Positions 29,596 to 40,484 of a DNA stretch of 64,000 nt are shown here, one piece after another. The DNA comes from an uncultured cyanobacterium. Lineage in GTDB: Bacteria; Cyanobacteriota; Cyanobacteriia; Cyanobacteriales; CAWUOF01. Positions within the stretch are counted from its first letter, which is position 1, and each line of letters opens with the position of its first letter. The notes beneath the pieces were generated by a model. That model saw nothing but the letters and a program-made list of their open reading frames with translations, was not told the origin of the DNA and did not search any database. The position numbers and the translations under genes were made by a program. The stretch covers positions 4,832,001-4,896,000 of the forward strand of contig CAVUSO010000001.1 in assembly GCA_963744145.1 (NCBI GenBank). Direction: 5' to 3'.

Positions 29596-30878
29596 TTTTT
29601 ACTCTCCTCATCCACACCTTTTCTAAAATTTCTGTAAGCTAATAAAGCCATACCATAAGCTGCTGCTGTTTGAGTCGATTTGAACACTGATACCTGTAAG
29701 TAACGTCTCCGAATCGCAGTCCAAACCGAGTTTTTTGCACCTCCTCCCGCAGTATAAACCCGAATTAGTCGGGTAGCACCCAATTCTTGCAATAGATGAT
29801 AACCCTGTGCTTCGATCCGAGCAATACTTTCGAGCAAACCATGCAAAAATTCAACGGGATCAGCGGGACGTGGCTCTAGTCTTGGTGGTAGTTTGGGATC
29901 ATTAATGGGAAACCGATCGCCTGGCTTAATCAAAGGATAATACTCTAAATAACTTTGTTGGTCAGGATCGATTTTTATACTGAGGTTTTCTATTTCCGCA
30001 TCAGTAAAAAATTGTCTTAATACTATACCACCAGTATTAGATGCTCCTCCAGTCAACCATAAATCTCCCAGACGATGACTATAAATTCCATACCGACTAT
30101 CATCTACCCGATCGCGACTGAGTAATTTTAACACTAAGGTTGACCCCAGCGAAGTGACTGCTTCCCCTGGTACTTCAGCCCCACTTGCTAAAAATGCGGC
30201 GATGCTATCAGTTGTCCCTGCACATACAACACAATTTTTCCTGATTCCAAATTCCTTCGCAATTTTTGAGCTGATTTCACCAATAATTGTCCCTGGTTTG
30301 ACAATTTCTGGTAAATGTGGTAAGCATTTAATCTCATAAATCCAATTGGGATAGGATAAGGTTTCTGGATCATAACCAAGTTTTAAGGCATTATGATAGT
30401 CACTGATCCCGATTTTCCCATGGAGCAGAAATGCTAACCAATCTGCTTGATGCAAAAAATAGCAGTTTTCGCTAATCGATCGATAATTTTCAATTAACCA
30501 TAAAAGCTTTACTAAACTAGAAGTTGCACTTAAAACAATATGGTTTGGTGGTGCAATTTTCCTTAAATTTTCGATCAGACTTTCTCCACGACCATCATTA
30601 TATAAAATTGGCGCAGCGATCGGTTTACCTGTCTGATCACATAATAAAACCGTACCTGAAGTACCATCGATCGCGATCGCTTGAATTTCCTGACGTAAAT
30701 CCACCGGAATTTGGGCAATTAATCCAAATAAGGCTGATTCCCACATTCCGATCCAATCTTGAGCTTGACTAGGCGAATAAAAATTATAACATCCTTCTGC
30801 CTGAATAGCTCCATTTTCATCAATAACTAGCGATCGCGCTCCGGAAGTTCCAAAGTCAATTCCCAGATATAAACTCAT
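29592..30878 (-). CDS. FGGY-family carbohydrate kinase
   Basis: LGIDFGTSGAR, DGTSGT, GTTDSIAA, SLGSTL, TAGGGA. Confidence 0.92.
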   Translation of the reverse strand: MSLYLGIDFGTSGARSLVIDENGAIQAEGCYNFYSPSQAQDWIGMWESALFGLIAQIPVDLRQEIQAIAIDGTSGTVLLCDQTGKPIAAPILYNDGRGESLIENLRKIAPPNHIVLSATSSLVKLLWLIENYRSISENCYFLHQADWLAFLLHGKIGISDYHNALKLGYDPETLSYPNWIYEIKCLPHLPEIVKPGTIIGEISSKIAKEFGIRKNCVVCAGTTDSIAAFLASGAEVPGEAVTSLGSTLVLKLLSRDRVDDSRYGIYSHRLGDLWLTGGASNTGGIVLRQFFTDAEIENLSIKIDPDQQSYLEYYPLIKPGDRFPINDPKLPPRLEPRPADPVEFLHGLLESIARIEAQGYHLLQELGATRLIRVYTAGGGAKNSVWTAIRRRYLQVSVFKSTQTAAAYGMALLAYRNFRKGVDEESKK

Positions 30879-30881
30879 AAC

Positions 30882-33800
30882 CTATTTTTGGATATCTTGG
30901 CAAATATCGCGCTCATTATCGGTGAGATGAGCTGTAGAATTATCGAGATAATCATGGAGCCAATTACAACCATTTTTGAGAATTTCATTTAAATGAAAAT
31001 TCCAGATTAACATTTTGTCTTCACTCACTATAAATAACATTTTTTGATTTTTATCTGGATTAAAATTTACACTTGTTACCTCACTATTATAACCCTTCAA
31101 AGTATCTAATAAATTCCCATCACTACTCCAAATTCGGACTGTTTTATCATCACTACCAGAAGCAATTAAAGTTCCATCAGGACTAAAACTTACCCAATAT
31201 ACTTGACCAATATGACCTTCTAACGGACTACCGGTCATTTCTGTACCATCAAGATTCCACAATTTTATAGTTCTATCCTTACTCCCCGAAGCAATAATTT
31301 TGCCATCAGGACTAAAAACGACACTATTAACCGCAGCTTTATGTCCGGTGAAGGTATTGAGCAACTTACCAGCATTATTCCAGAGATTAACCGTTTTGTC
31401 ATCACTAGCCGAAGCAATTAATTTACCATCGGGACTAAAGCTCACCCAATTTACCCGATCCTTATGACCAGTCATCGTTTTTAAAACTTTACCTGTTCCC
31501 ACACTCCAAAGCTTGATCGTATGATCATCACTAGCTGAAGCAATCATCGTACCATCAGGACTAAAAGTCACCCAATTCACGGCTTGAGTATGTCCTGTAA
31601 AAGTTTGTAATAATTTACCATTACGATCCCATAATTTTATGGTTTTATCGTAACTACCACTCACAATTTGTTGACCGTTAGGACTAAAACTGACACTACT
31701 CACTACGTCTTGATGTCCGACTAGAGTATTAATTAATTTCCCTTGTAAAGACCAAATTTTTACCGTTTGATCTTTACTAGCTGTCGCGATCGCTAGTCCA
31801 TCTGGACTAAAATTAGCTCCTAACACATTAGCAGTTGCAAAAGCTGTGGATAAAATATTATTCAGTTTCCAGAGTTTAACGCTATTATCCACACTACCAG
31901 AAGCTAAGAGTTGACCATCGGGGCTAAAATTCACACTCAAAACACTATTACTATGTCCTTTCAACGTTTTCAATAAATTTCCATTTTGATCCCAGATATT
32001 AATGGTATTATCCCAATTAGCTGAAGCTAAAAGTTTACTATCCGGACTAAAACTAATACTCAAAATTGTATCACTAGCTTTAGGCAGAGACTTGAGCAAC
32101 TTCCCATCAATACTCCACAGTTTAATCTCTCCATCAGCACTAGCAGTTGCAATCTTCTTCCCATCCGGACTAAAACTGAGACTATTAATTGAACCATTAG
32201 CTGCTGGAGATGTTAACTTTGGCTTTTTTTTACTCAGATTAGATAGTTGTTCATCCCCAAGATTTTTGATAAATTGACCATCTTCATTCCACAGCTTAAC
32301 GGTTTTATCACGACTAGCAGAAGCAAGGATTTTTCCATCCGGACTAAAATGAACATCTAGAACTGGTAAAGTATGTCCTCTCAAAGTTTTTAATAAAGTT
32401 CCGTTGATATTCCATAATTTAATCGTATGATCAAAACTAGCCGAAACAATGATCTGACCATCCGGACTGAAATTAACACTAGAAACACTATCTGTATGTC
32501 CGATGAAAGTTTGAGTAGGATTTGGATTAAATTCACTATTAACATCTTGGCGTTGCCAGAGTTTAATCGTCTTATCTGCACTAGCAACAGCAATAGTTTT
32601 CCCATTCGGACTGAAACTCACACTATAAAAACCAGTCGCATTGTCCGGAGGATTTTTGCCCTTATTATTAGCTTGACTATCACTTAAACTTTGCACCCAC
32701 TGTCCATTACTATGCCAAATTTGCACGGTGCCATCTTTACCAGCAGAAGCGATCGTTTTACCATCGGGTGAAAAGGTCACACTACTCACCCAATCGCTAT
32801 GTTTTTCTAAGCGGTTGTATTCTTGCACTCCCAAGGTTACTTGCTGCAATTTATCAACTGTTTGAATTTGTAGATCAGCTGGTACTTGAGTATTTTGTAA
32901 TTTTTGACCAGCATCAACACTAGCAACTAGCGATCCTAGTTGATCATTAGAAAGCAGCAGTGCATCTGACTTAGAATTAGTCATGGCAATTTCTGCCAAT
33001 TTCTTTTGTGCATCTGCATGCCATGCGAAGAATCCTGCAAATGCAGCCAAAACTGCTAGGGTTAATCCCGCAAAAACTGCGAACCGCAATCGCCAATGTA
33101 AAATTTTATTTAATCGCTGTTGGGTGATTTTTCGTTTCTCTTTTTCATCTGCTAATTCGGCTAAGATTTTTTTGTCCTGTTCCAGTTTTTCAATTTGATT
33201 CTGACTGCTTTTATATCGCTGTCGCAATTCCTCTACTTCATTTTTAACTTCAACTTCCTGTTGTTCGCGGATCAGTTCTGCTAAATAATCGTGAATTAGT
33301 TGATAGAGTTCGGTGGTATCTTCCCAGACGCGAAATAACAGCCCCGAACCTTCTAAGATTTTTAAAACTACATCTAATTTATCTGCTTCATTTAAGGATG
33401 TTAAACTTGATTCTAAATCCCCACGACTTTTGAGCGGACGGGTATCTTCCTCTGTAGTTAAAAAAGATAATACTAATTTGGCGGCACGTTTATTTTCTAA
33501 CCCACAGTCTTCAATGACTTTTTCTAAAAAACTTTCTACTAATTTTTCTTTAGGACCAATCCGTTGATATTCAGCTAGGGTAGTAATATTTTTAGATTGT
33601 AGTTGTGCTCCCACAATTTGTAATTCAATCGGACGTACTTCTCCTAAATCTCCAGCTAAATCTTGGACTAATTGATCAATTAATTCAGATTCTAAGTAAA
33701 ATTGAGCTGCTTGGGTTAAGCTTTTGATTACTTTTTTCGCATCTTCAGTAGTAAAATTGCCTAAAGGGTAGCGAATATTTTTGCTGAGAATATCGTTATT

Positions 33801-35789
33801 GATTGGTTCTAAATCTATGAATCGACTACTCTCTAATAAGTAATAAATATAATCTTCGCGCAGAGCTAAGATGATTTTTACATAAGCGGTATTTAAGCAG
33901 ATTTTTAAAAATTCAAAGAATTCACGTCGTTCTGATTGCTTTTTACAAACAAAGAAAAATTCTTCAAATTGATCAAAAATTAAAACTGTGAGTAGATTTT
34001 GTTCGGCATTTTGTTGGAGTTTTTCGGCGATCGCTTCCAGGGTATTGGTAGCAGCAATTATGGCTCGAGCTAGGGTGGTCATCCAATCTGTATAAACAGA
34101 AAGAACCACTGGGACTACATTCCGAGCGTTGATCTGCTGAAGTTTAAGTGTTGGTACTAATCCCGCGTTCACAATGGAGCTTTTACCTACTCCTGATTGA
34201 CCATGAATTATGGTTAGTTTATAATCAGCTCTTTCCATCCGTTCTAGTAAGCGATTAACATCTTGCTGACGACCAGAAACAGTAATTTCCGAGGGTAATG
34301 TGGTGGGGTAATTAACTGATTCTAAGGAAAGATTAATTGCTTGTCTTGATGGTTGAAGACGACCAGCACCAATGAATGCTCTATATCCATACTGAGCTTC
34401 AATTGTGCGTTGTTCTTGTTTAATTTCAAAAGCTTTTAAATATTCCCCTTGTTGATAGTACAGCGATCGCAATTCTCCTAAAATCCGAATATAAACTCGC
34501 GGACCATACTGGGGATCGTTTTCTTCTTTAGCGATTTCTAAATTCTTCACTGCTTCGGTAATATGACCTAATTCTCGTTGAGCTTTCGCGAGCAGTAATA
34601 AGCAACGACTTCGATGTTGGTAATAAATCGGTAAATTTAGAGGTACGCGATCGCTAATTGTCGCTAAAATCTCCAGGGATTTTTTGGCATTTTGTTGGGC
34701 TGATTCCCAATTTGAATTTTGTAAAGCTAGATCAGCTAAAAAACTATAATCTTGCGCTCGATTTATCTCTAATCCTGGATTTTTATGCAAACTCAAAGAT
34801 TTATATACTAATGCTTCTAAGGTTTCCCAATCTTTTAAAAGTTGTAAAACTTCTCCCAAATGATTAATTACTTTTGCTACGACATCTTCACGCTTTGCTT
34901 CGGTAAAAATATGAATACATTGCTCTAAATGTCTTCTGGCTTCTTCTAAGTAAATTCGATTTAATTTTCGCTCAGATTCGGCTAAATTACGATAACAAAT
35001 TGCACTCTTAAATAAGACTATCCCCCGACGTTCCAGATTGCCAATATTGGGTTCAAGACTGCGCCATAATTTCAGACTTTTTTCATAATGTTCTAAGGCG
35101 GTCTTATTTTGGTGTTTTTTATATTCATCTCGTCCTTCAATAAATTCTAAACTAGCTTCTAAAACTGGTTCTAAGGTTTCACCGCGATATTTTAATTCTT
35201 GTCGAGCTAATTTTAATTCTAATTCTAAAGCATGGTCAGCAATTGCTTTAACACCACTATTATTTTCGTAACCCTGCAAAATTGAATCAAATACCTGTTC
35301 AACATTGACCCGAATATAATCAATTAGTTCTTCTGTACTAAAGCTAAATTCATAGCTACTACTCCAACTATAAAAATCGCGAGCCAGATTTACCAGTTTT
35401 TGTTGAACTTGGTCATTAATCCATAACAATACGGGAAAGGGAAAACTTTTAGAAAATTCGTTCCGACTTAAATTAGTTGCTTGAAGCACTTGATCGATCG
35501 CTTTGACTGATTCTAACCCAAATACCATTAAAGCTGCTGGTTGCTCGTTTCCTAATTCAGCCAAAATGGTGGAATAGAGTTTAGTAACGGTATCAGACAG
35601 AACAATTTCGTGAATTTTGACCCGACATCTTTCCCGTAGTTGTTGAACAATGCGATCGCGGAGTACCCCATAATTACAGCGGACGACAATTAAGGAAAAT
35701 TCCTCAGCCCGAGCAATTGTTTTTGCTAAAATCTGTAAAGATTCCTCATTTTTGGTCACTATAGTTTGGGGTTGATCCGTTTTAAGCAT
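30882..35789 (-). CDS. Inactive-STAND / TPR / nSTAND1 NTPase / TM / 14xWD40 protein
   Basis: Walker A HGQSGVGKSS, Walker B LIFDQFEEFF, VRPIELQ, YQLIHDYL; hydrophobic helix FAVFAGLTLAVLAAFAGFFAW; 14 WD40 repeats. Confidence 0.9.
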   Translation of the reverse strand: MLKTDQPQTIVTKNEESLQILAKTIARAEEFSLIVVRCNYGVLRDRIVQQLRERCRVKIHEIVLSDTVTKLYSTILAELGNEQPAALMVFGLESVKAIDQVLQATNLSRNEFSKSFPFPVLLWINDQVQQKLVNLARDFYSWSSSYEFSFSTEELIDYIRVNVEQVFDSILQGYENNSGVKAIADHALELELKLARQELKYRGETLEPVLEASLEFIEGRDEYKKHQNKTALEHYEKSLKLWRSLEPNIGNLERRGIVLFKSAICYRNLAESERKLNRIYLEEARRHLEQCIHIFTEAKREDVVAKVINHLGEVLQLLKDWETLEALVYKSLSLHKNPGLEINRAQDYSFLADLALQNSNWESAQQNAKKSLEILATISDRVPLNLPIYYQHRSRCLLLLAKAQRELGHITEAVKNLEIAKEENDPQYGPRVYIRILGELRSLYYQQGEYLKAFEIKQEQRTIEAQYGYRAFIGAGRLQPSRQAINLSLESVNYPTTLPSEITVSGRQQDVNRLLERMERADYKLTIIHGQSGVGKSSIVNAGLVPTLKLQQINARNVVPVVLSVYTDWMTTLARAIIAATNTLEAIAEKLQQNAEQNLLTVLIFDQFEEFFFVCKKQSERREFFEFLKICLNTAYVKIILALREDYIYYLLESSRFIDLEPINNDILSKNIRYPLGNFTTEDAKKVIKSLTQAAQFYLESELIDQLVQDLAGDLGEVRPIELQIVGAQLQSKNITTLAEYQRIGPKEKLVESFLEKVIEDCGLENKRAAKLVLSFLTTEEDTRPLKSRGDLESSLTSLNEADKLDVVLKILEGSGLLFRVWEDTTELYQLIHDYLAELIREQQEVEVKNEVEELRQRYKSSQNQIEKLEQDKKILAELADEKEKRKITQQRLNKILHWRLRFAVFAGLTLAVLAAFAGFFAWHADAQKKLAEIAMTNSKSDALLLSNDQLGSLVASVDAGQKLQNTQVPADLQIQTVDKLQQVTLGVQEYNRLEKHSDWVSSVTFSPDGKTIASAGKDGTVQIWHSNGQWVQSLSDSQANNKGKNPPDNATGFYSVSFSPNGKTIAVASADKTIKLWQRQDVNSEFNPNPTQTFIGHTDSVSSVNFSPDGQIIVSASFDHTIKLWNINGTLLKTLRGHTLPVLDVHFSPDGKILASASRDKTVKLWNEDGQFIKNLGDEQLSNLSKKKPKLTSPAANGSINSLSFSPDGKKIATASADGEIKLWSIDGKLLKSLPKASDTILSISFSPDSKLLASANWDNTINIWDQNGNLLKTLKGHSNSVLSVNFSPDGQLLASGSVDNSVKLWKLNNILSTAFATANVLGANFSPDGLAIATASKDQTVKIWSLQGKLINTLVGHQDVVSSVSFSPNGQQIVSGSYDKTIKLWDRNGKLLQTFTGHTQAVNWVTFSPDGTMIASASDDHTIKLWSVGTGKVLKTMTGHKDRVNWVSFSPDGKLIASASDDKTVNLWNNAGKLLNTFTGHKAAVNSVVFSPDGKIIASGSKDRTIKLWNLDGTEMTGSPLEGHIGQVYWVSFSPDGTLIASGSDDKTVRIWSSDGNLLDTLKGYNSEVTSVNFNPDKNQKMLFIVSEDKMLIWNFHLNEILKNGCNWLHDYLDNSTAHLTDNERDICQDIQK

Positions 35790-37092
35790 GATTTTGGTAT
35801 TCCTGAGCTTCGGTCAGAATTGGGTTAATATCAAACCAAGAATTATCCCGATCGCGATATTCAAAGACAAACATACTCCTTAATAGGGTTTCATACCCTA
35901 ATGACCCTCTCACATCTTTAGTTTTTGTGACTTGACGTAATGATTCCCACTGTTCAGCGGTGATCCCCCGATTTAAGTCATTACAATCTTGTTTAATCAC
36001 CATTTCTAAAGTATCCCGTGACAAGGGTGGATCTTCTCTTTGTAAACAACGATAAAGTAATCCTAACAAATTTCGCACATGACCACCACTAATTAAACAT
36101 AAACGATCTAAAGTTTCTGGAGCATCAAAAACTTCAGTAATTAATTGGAGTCTTTGTTCTGTATTTATGGTGGTAAATGCTCGTGCTAATACCATTTGTC
36201 GTAGTAGTTTCATCCCCGGTTCGTATATTTCACCCACCAGATGACGAACTGGGACCATCGGTAAGACTTTGGGGTTAACTCCCCCAAACCGAGTATTTAA
36301 TCTCCCTAAGTCATTGGAGAAAATTAATTCCAGGGGAATTGTATAAACCACATGGCAATTAAGCTGGTTTAACTGCTCACCTCGATCGACAAATAAGTAT
36401 TCCGATTGACTGCGTCCTGCTAAATTTTTCGAGGGATGAATCCGATCGAGGTTATCGACAATTACCACTAATCCTTTTTTATCTTGTTGTTTGAGTTTAG
36501 CGATCGCTGGCTCAAGTATTTCGTGATTAATTGCTTCAATAATTCCATTAGTCCGCGGTTCTAAATATTGCCTTAATAGTCCGCGAGTATCGGTACTATC
36601 TTTAGCTTTAGCCGTAATTTTGGCAATTCCGAAAGATAAGGAAAACTCTCCCTCTAAGTCATATACTTGCAACCGTTCAGATACACTTTTAATTAAGCCC
36701 TTGAATCCTTGAGGTTGGAGATGAATTTTGATTTTTTCTAAGCTTTCGCTCACCTGATGCGCGATCGCCAGTAATATATCTGTCACATCCACATCAGCCA
36801 TATCCATATCTTGACTGGATTCAAAATAGACTACATGAAACCCCTGTAATTCTAATTCATATTTGAGCCGGAGCAATTCGGTAGATTTTCCACAACCGAT
36901 ATGACCAGTAAATAATTGACAGGTTCGTTCATCCGGAGCAAGACGAGTAATTGTTCGTTCCAATTCCTCAATGATTTTTCCACCTCTAACACTAGAAAAA
37001 TCAATATAATATGCCCGATCCTCGGTATTCCCAACAATTATAGTTTTTGCAGGGTTACAAGCTTTATAAAATTTCTGCAAATCTAGTTTCAT
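35782..37092 (-). CDS. P-loop ATPase (STAND/KAP-like) translationally coupled to the WD40 gene
   Basis: FTGHIGCGKST, VVIVDNLDR, SGGHVR; 8-nt overlap with the downstream gene; probable start ATG 37092. Confidence 0.88.
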   Translation of the reverse strand: MKLDLQKFYKACNPAKTIIVGNTEDRAYYIDFSSVRGGKIIEELERTITRLAPDERTCQLFTGHIGCGKSTELLRLKYELELQGFHVVYFESSQDMDMADVDVTDILLAIAHQVSESLEKIKIHLQPQGFKGLIKSVSERLQVYDLEGEFSLSFGIAKITAKAKDSTDTRGLLRQYLEPRTNGIIEAINHEILEPAIAKLKQQDKKGLVVIVDNLDRIHPSKNLAGRSQSEYLFVDRGEQLNQLNCHVVYTIPLELIFSNDLGRLNTRFGGVNPKVLPMVPVRHLVGEIYEPGMKLLRQMVLARAFTTINTEQRLQLITEVFDAPETLDRLCLISGGHVRNLLGLLYRCLQREDPPLSRDTLEMVIKQDCNDLNRGITAEQWESLRQVTKTKDVRGSLGYETLLRSMFVFEYRDRDNSWFDINPILTEAQEYQNHA

Positions 37093-37210
37093 AATGAGCA
37101 ACTTTTCCTCAGTAAGCGTGTTGCGTTGATCCTTAATATAGAAAGCGTAGCAACAAGAGCAATTATAACAGGGTTATTTTTCTTTAAGTAGGGGGAGATC
37201 CGTCTCCTAC

Positions 37211-37462
37211 TTACCCCAAACATTTTCCTAACCAGCGACATTTTTCATCATCATCATCACCTCGAGCAGCTAATACATAGTTTATCTGGTTTGGTTGAAG
37301 GTTGGCGATCGAAGTCAATCCGGGGATATTTACCCCCAAATTTACCGTGGGTGGGGTCAATTTAGGTGTAATCGGGTTCATGTCCCAATTAGCTAGACTG
37401 GAATGAACACTAACTGCTAATATGGGCACTAATAGGATTACATTCCAGATGCTATTTTTCAT
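37211..37462 (-). CDS. Small secreted protein with acidic and CxxxxC C-terminus
   Basis: AAGGAG 9 nt before ATG 37462; signal-peptide-like N-terminus; ends AARGDDDDEKCRWLGKCLG. Confidence 0.6.
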   Translation of the reverse strand: MKNSIWNVILLVPILAVSVHSSLANWDMNPITPKLTPPTVNLGVNIPGLTSIANLQPNQINYVLAARGDDDDEKCRWLGKCLG

Positions 37463-37916
37463 TTTTACCATCTCCTTGTCAGCAAGGGAGACATCCCAAT
37501 TGGATCGATGTTTGAGCATTTCTCTGTTGTAATTAAAGACAGTGTTTGGTTGACAATTGTTTCAATGCTTCGGGATGTTACTTTGGTAGCAAGTTAGCTA
37601 CCGAGTAGTCACATCGATCTAGCAATGAACCGCTAAGATAATCTTCACGTTGATTTTCCTTAATTTCGCTTATTTGGGCAATCAGCGCAAATATCTTGAT
37701 CTATCTTAATTATCCCCCGTTCCTAATCCAGGTGAGTAAAAACTAGGACACTATTGTCAATGGTTGGGAAAATCAAAAAAAAAATTGCCAATTATCGGGT
37801 TTCCCATGAAAATAGTCATGTGTCAGTTGCGTAGGTGACCCAAGTGGCATATCTTAGTACGATTAACTTATATTAGTGAACCTCACCAAACACTAATATA
37901 ATTATATGCTGAGTAA

Positions 37917-38016
37917 TACCAATTTAATGTGAAGTTGCACAGTTCTAGATCCCCCTAAATCCCCCTTAACAAGGGGGACTTTGACTTTTAATTCTGGCTC
38001 CCCATTGTTAAGGGGT
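37917..38016. repeat. MITE end (TACCAATTTAATGTGAAGTTGCAC) plus CCCCCTT/AAGGGGG short dispersed repeat
   Basis: End resembles that at 59130; ATCCCCCTAAATCCCCCTTAACAAGGGGGACTTT hairpin. Confidence 0.6.
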
Positions 38017-39121
38017 CTACGGTTTACACACAAGTTGAGATAGAGTAAGGAGGGAAGGGAAGTAAGGAGAAAAAAGTAGTGGAAAATCCAATTTTAATTC
38101 ATGTGCAACAATGTCAGGGAACAGCATTCCCAGACCCAAGACTGGGAAAAAGAGGGGCTTCATTGTATACAGCGATGGCACAACATCAATCAATAAATAT
38201 TCGGAAAATCAGTAAAAATAGAGCCGAGCAAGTTGGATATTACCGATTTTTAGGGAATAAGAATGTAAAAACTGTAAAATTAGTCGTAAGTTTAGGAGAG
38301 CATTGCGCCTTACAGGTAGATGGAAAACACCAGGTCTTAGCGATAGCGTGATAGTAGTGAAATTAACTTACAGTCTCACAAAGGAAGATTGAAATCCGAG
38401 GGAATTGGAGTAGTAGGAAACAATCAAGATGTCGGATTTTATCTGCATCCAACCCTGGTATTAGATGCAGAAAATGGATGCCCACTAGGAGAAGGGGCGT
38501 ATTGCAATACGCCCCTACAACGCAGTGGAAGCTGTAGAAATCAATCCCCCAAAAGGTCAACAACCGATTCACTGGCGATTACTCACTACACATAGAGTAG
38601 TTTGTATTGAACAAGCGCTACAAGTAATTGAATGGTACAAATGGCGCTGGCGGATTGAACAATTGTTTGCTACCCTGAAATCCGTTGGCTTAGATATCGA
38701 AGCAACTCAATTAGAGTCAATTAAATCTATTCAAAAATTGAGTGTTTTAGCTCTATCGGTAGCTGTCAGAATTTTGCAGTTAATTGTCGGGTGTGACCAG
38801 CCTGAATTACCTGCAACCTACGCATTCAATGATGAACAACAGCAATGTTTATCCCAGATTGCTCCGACGGTTTCCGGGCAAACTTTGGCACAGCAAAATT
38901 CTGCTCCACCTCATTCTTTACCTTGGGCAGTACGGGCGTATTGCAGTAGGGGCGTATTGCAATACGCCCCTACCGATTATTGCTCGACTGGGTGGTTGGC
39001 CTGGCTATCGGTCTCAAAAACCGCCGGGAATTACTACCTTAGTGCGCGGACGCGAGCCAATTTCAATCCTTTTTTTTATGGCTGGAAACTCGCTCTAGGT
39101 ATGGTTGTGTGTACACCGTAG
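38017..39121 (+). mobile_element. Degenerate IS4-family element (internal deletion, frameshifts, REP insertions)
   Basis: TIRs CTACGGTTTACACACAA / TTGTGTGTACACCGTAG; fragments DPRLGKRG, YYRFLGN, LHPTL, WRLLTT, YKWRWRIEQLFATLKS, IIARLGGW. Confidence 0.88.
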
Positions 39122-39478
39122 CCCTTGCAGGGAAGGGGGTTGGGGGGTTAGGTCAGATCTTATGAGAATCGAGCATTAAACAGTCCTGCTTGATGGGGGG
39201 AAACTTTAATATTAGTAAAATCATTTCACTAGAAAAAATATTCTGCAAATTTAGATAACTTTTCTCTCAAAAAAAAACCTGATTATATGGAATTTTAACT
39301 GCATAAAGAAATCGTTTTCCGATTTTTTTTCTGAGATGAGTTTAGTGTGATGGAAGTTTAATCCCTTCTCACCATTTTCAATGATTGGAAAAAAATAAGT
39401 TTTAGTCGTTACTAAATAGAAATTTCGATCGCTAAAACGAAAAGGAAAAAAGCCGCAAATATTACCCGAGTAAAAAAT

Positions 39479-40292
39479 ATGGTTGGAAATAATCTACACA
39501 TCAAACGGTTGCTAGAAACTAAACAATGTCAGGGTGGTGACTTGAGAGAAGCACACCTAGCCCGACTTAATCTCAATGGTGCTAATTTAAGTGGGGCTAA
39601 ATTACTGTTAGCGAATATGAATGGGACTCTATTAAACAGAGCAAATTTAAGTGGAGCAGATTCTCAGTTTTGCTAATCTAGTCGGAGCAGAGTTAGGAGA
39701 AGCAATCCTGAGCGGAGCTGATGCTAAAGGAGTTAATCTCTTGGAAGCTCAATTAATTAAGGCTAATTTAAGTGGGGCAGACTTGGGGTTTGCCAATTTG
39801 GTCAAAACTAATCTCAACGAAACCAATCTTAGTGGTGCTATTTTAGACGGAGCAAATCTGATTGGGGCTCAGCTAAGTGGTGCTAATTTGACTGGTGCAG
39901 ATTTAGGTGGTGCGAATCTCGGCTATGCTCAATTAGCAATGGCCAACTTATCCAATGCTGATTTAAACGATACTCGGTTGGTTGGTGCAGATCTGCGAGA
40001 AGCAAATTTAAGTGGTGCTAATCTAAGTAGTGCTAATCTTTTACACGCTAATTTGATGGGAGCTAATTTAACTGGGGCTAATCTGCATGGTGCTAATCTA
40101 ACTAATGCCCAACTTGATGGTGTAATTGGGCTGGGAAGGGTAGAGCCAATCCCCAGTATGCCACAACCAGTGCCCAAAGCAACTATTGCGTCATCTAATT
40201 ATGGTGGTTTAAGTTTTTCAGAATCAACCTTAACCTCTAATGTTTTCCCGGCTGTGGTGTTACCAGATTTTAGTGCGATTGAGAAAAAATAA
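39479..40292 (+). pseudogene. Pentapeptide repeat protein split by a +1 frameshift
   Basis: Removing one T at 39661-39662 gives a continuous ANLSGADLSFANLVGA. Confidence 0.8.
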
Positions 40293-40327
40293 AAAGTGAA
40301 AAGCTGGAATAGATACTTTTCACTTTT
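40292..40327. terminator. Inverted repeat between convergent genes
   Basis: AAAAGTGAAAAG ... CTTTTCACTTTT. Confidence 0.45.
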
Positions 40328-40484
40328 GGTGGAGAGTTCTAAGGACCTGGGAAATATCGCGATTTCTGATTACCTCCACTGTTTTCCAGGGACTACCACC
40401 CAGCACTCATAACTGATCAACTGCTTAAATTGAAGGCGATCGCTATCAAAATGAAAAATATAGATAATTTGGAAATAAATAATA

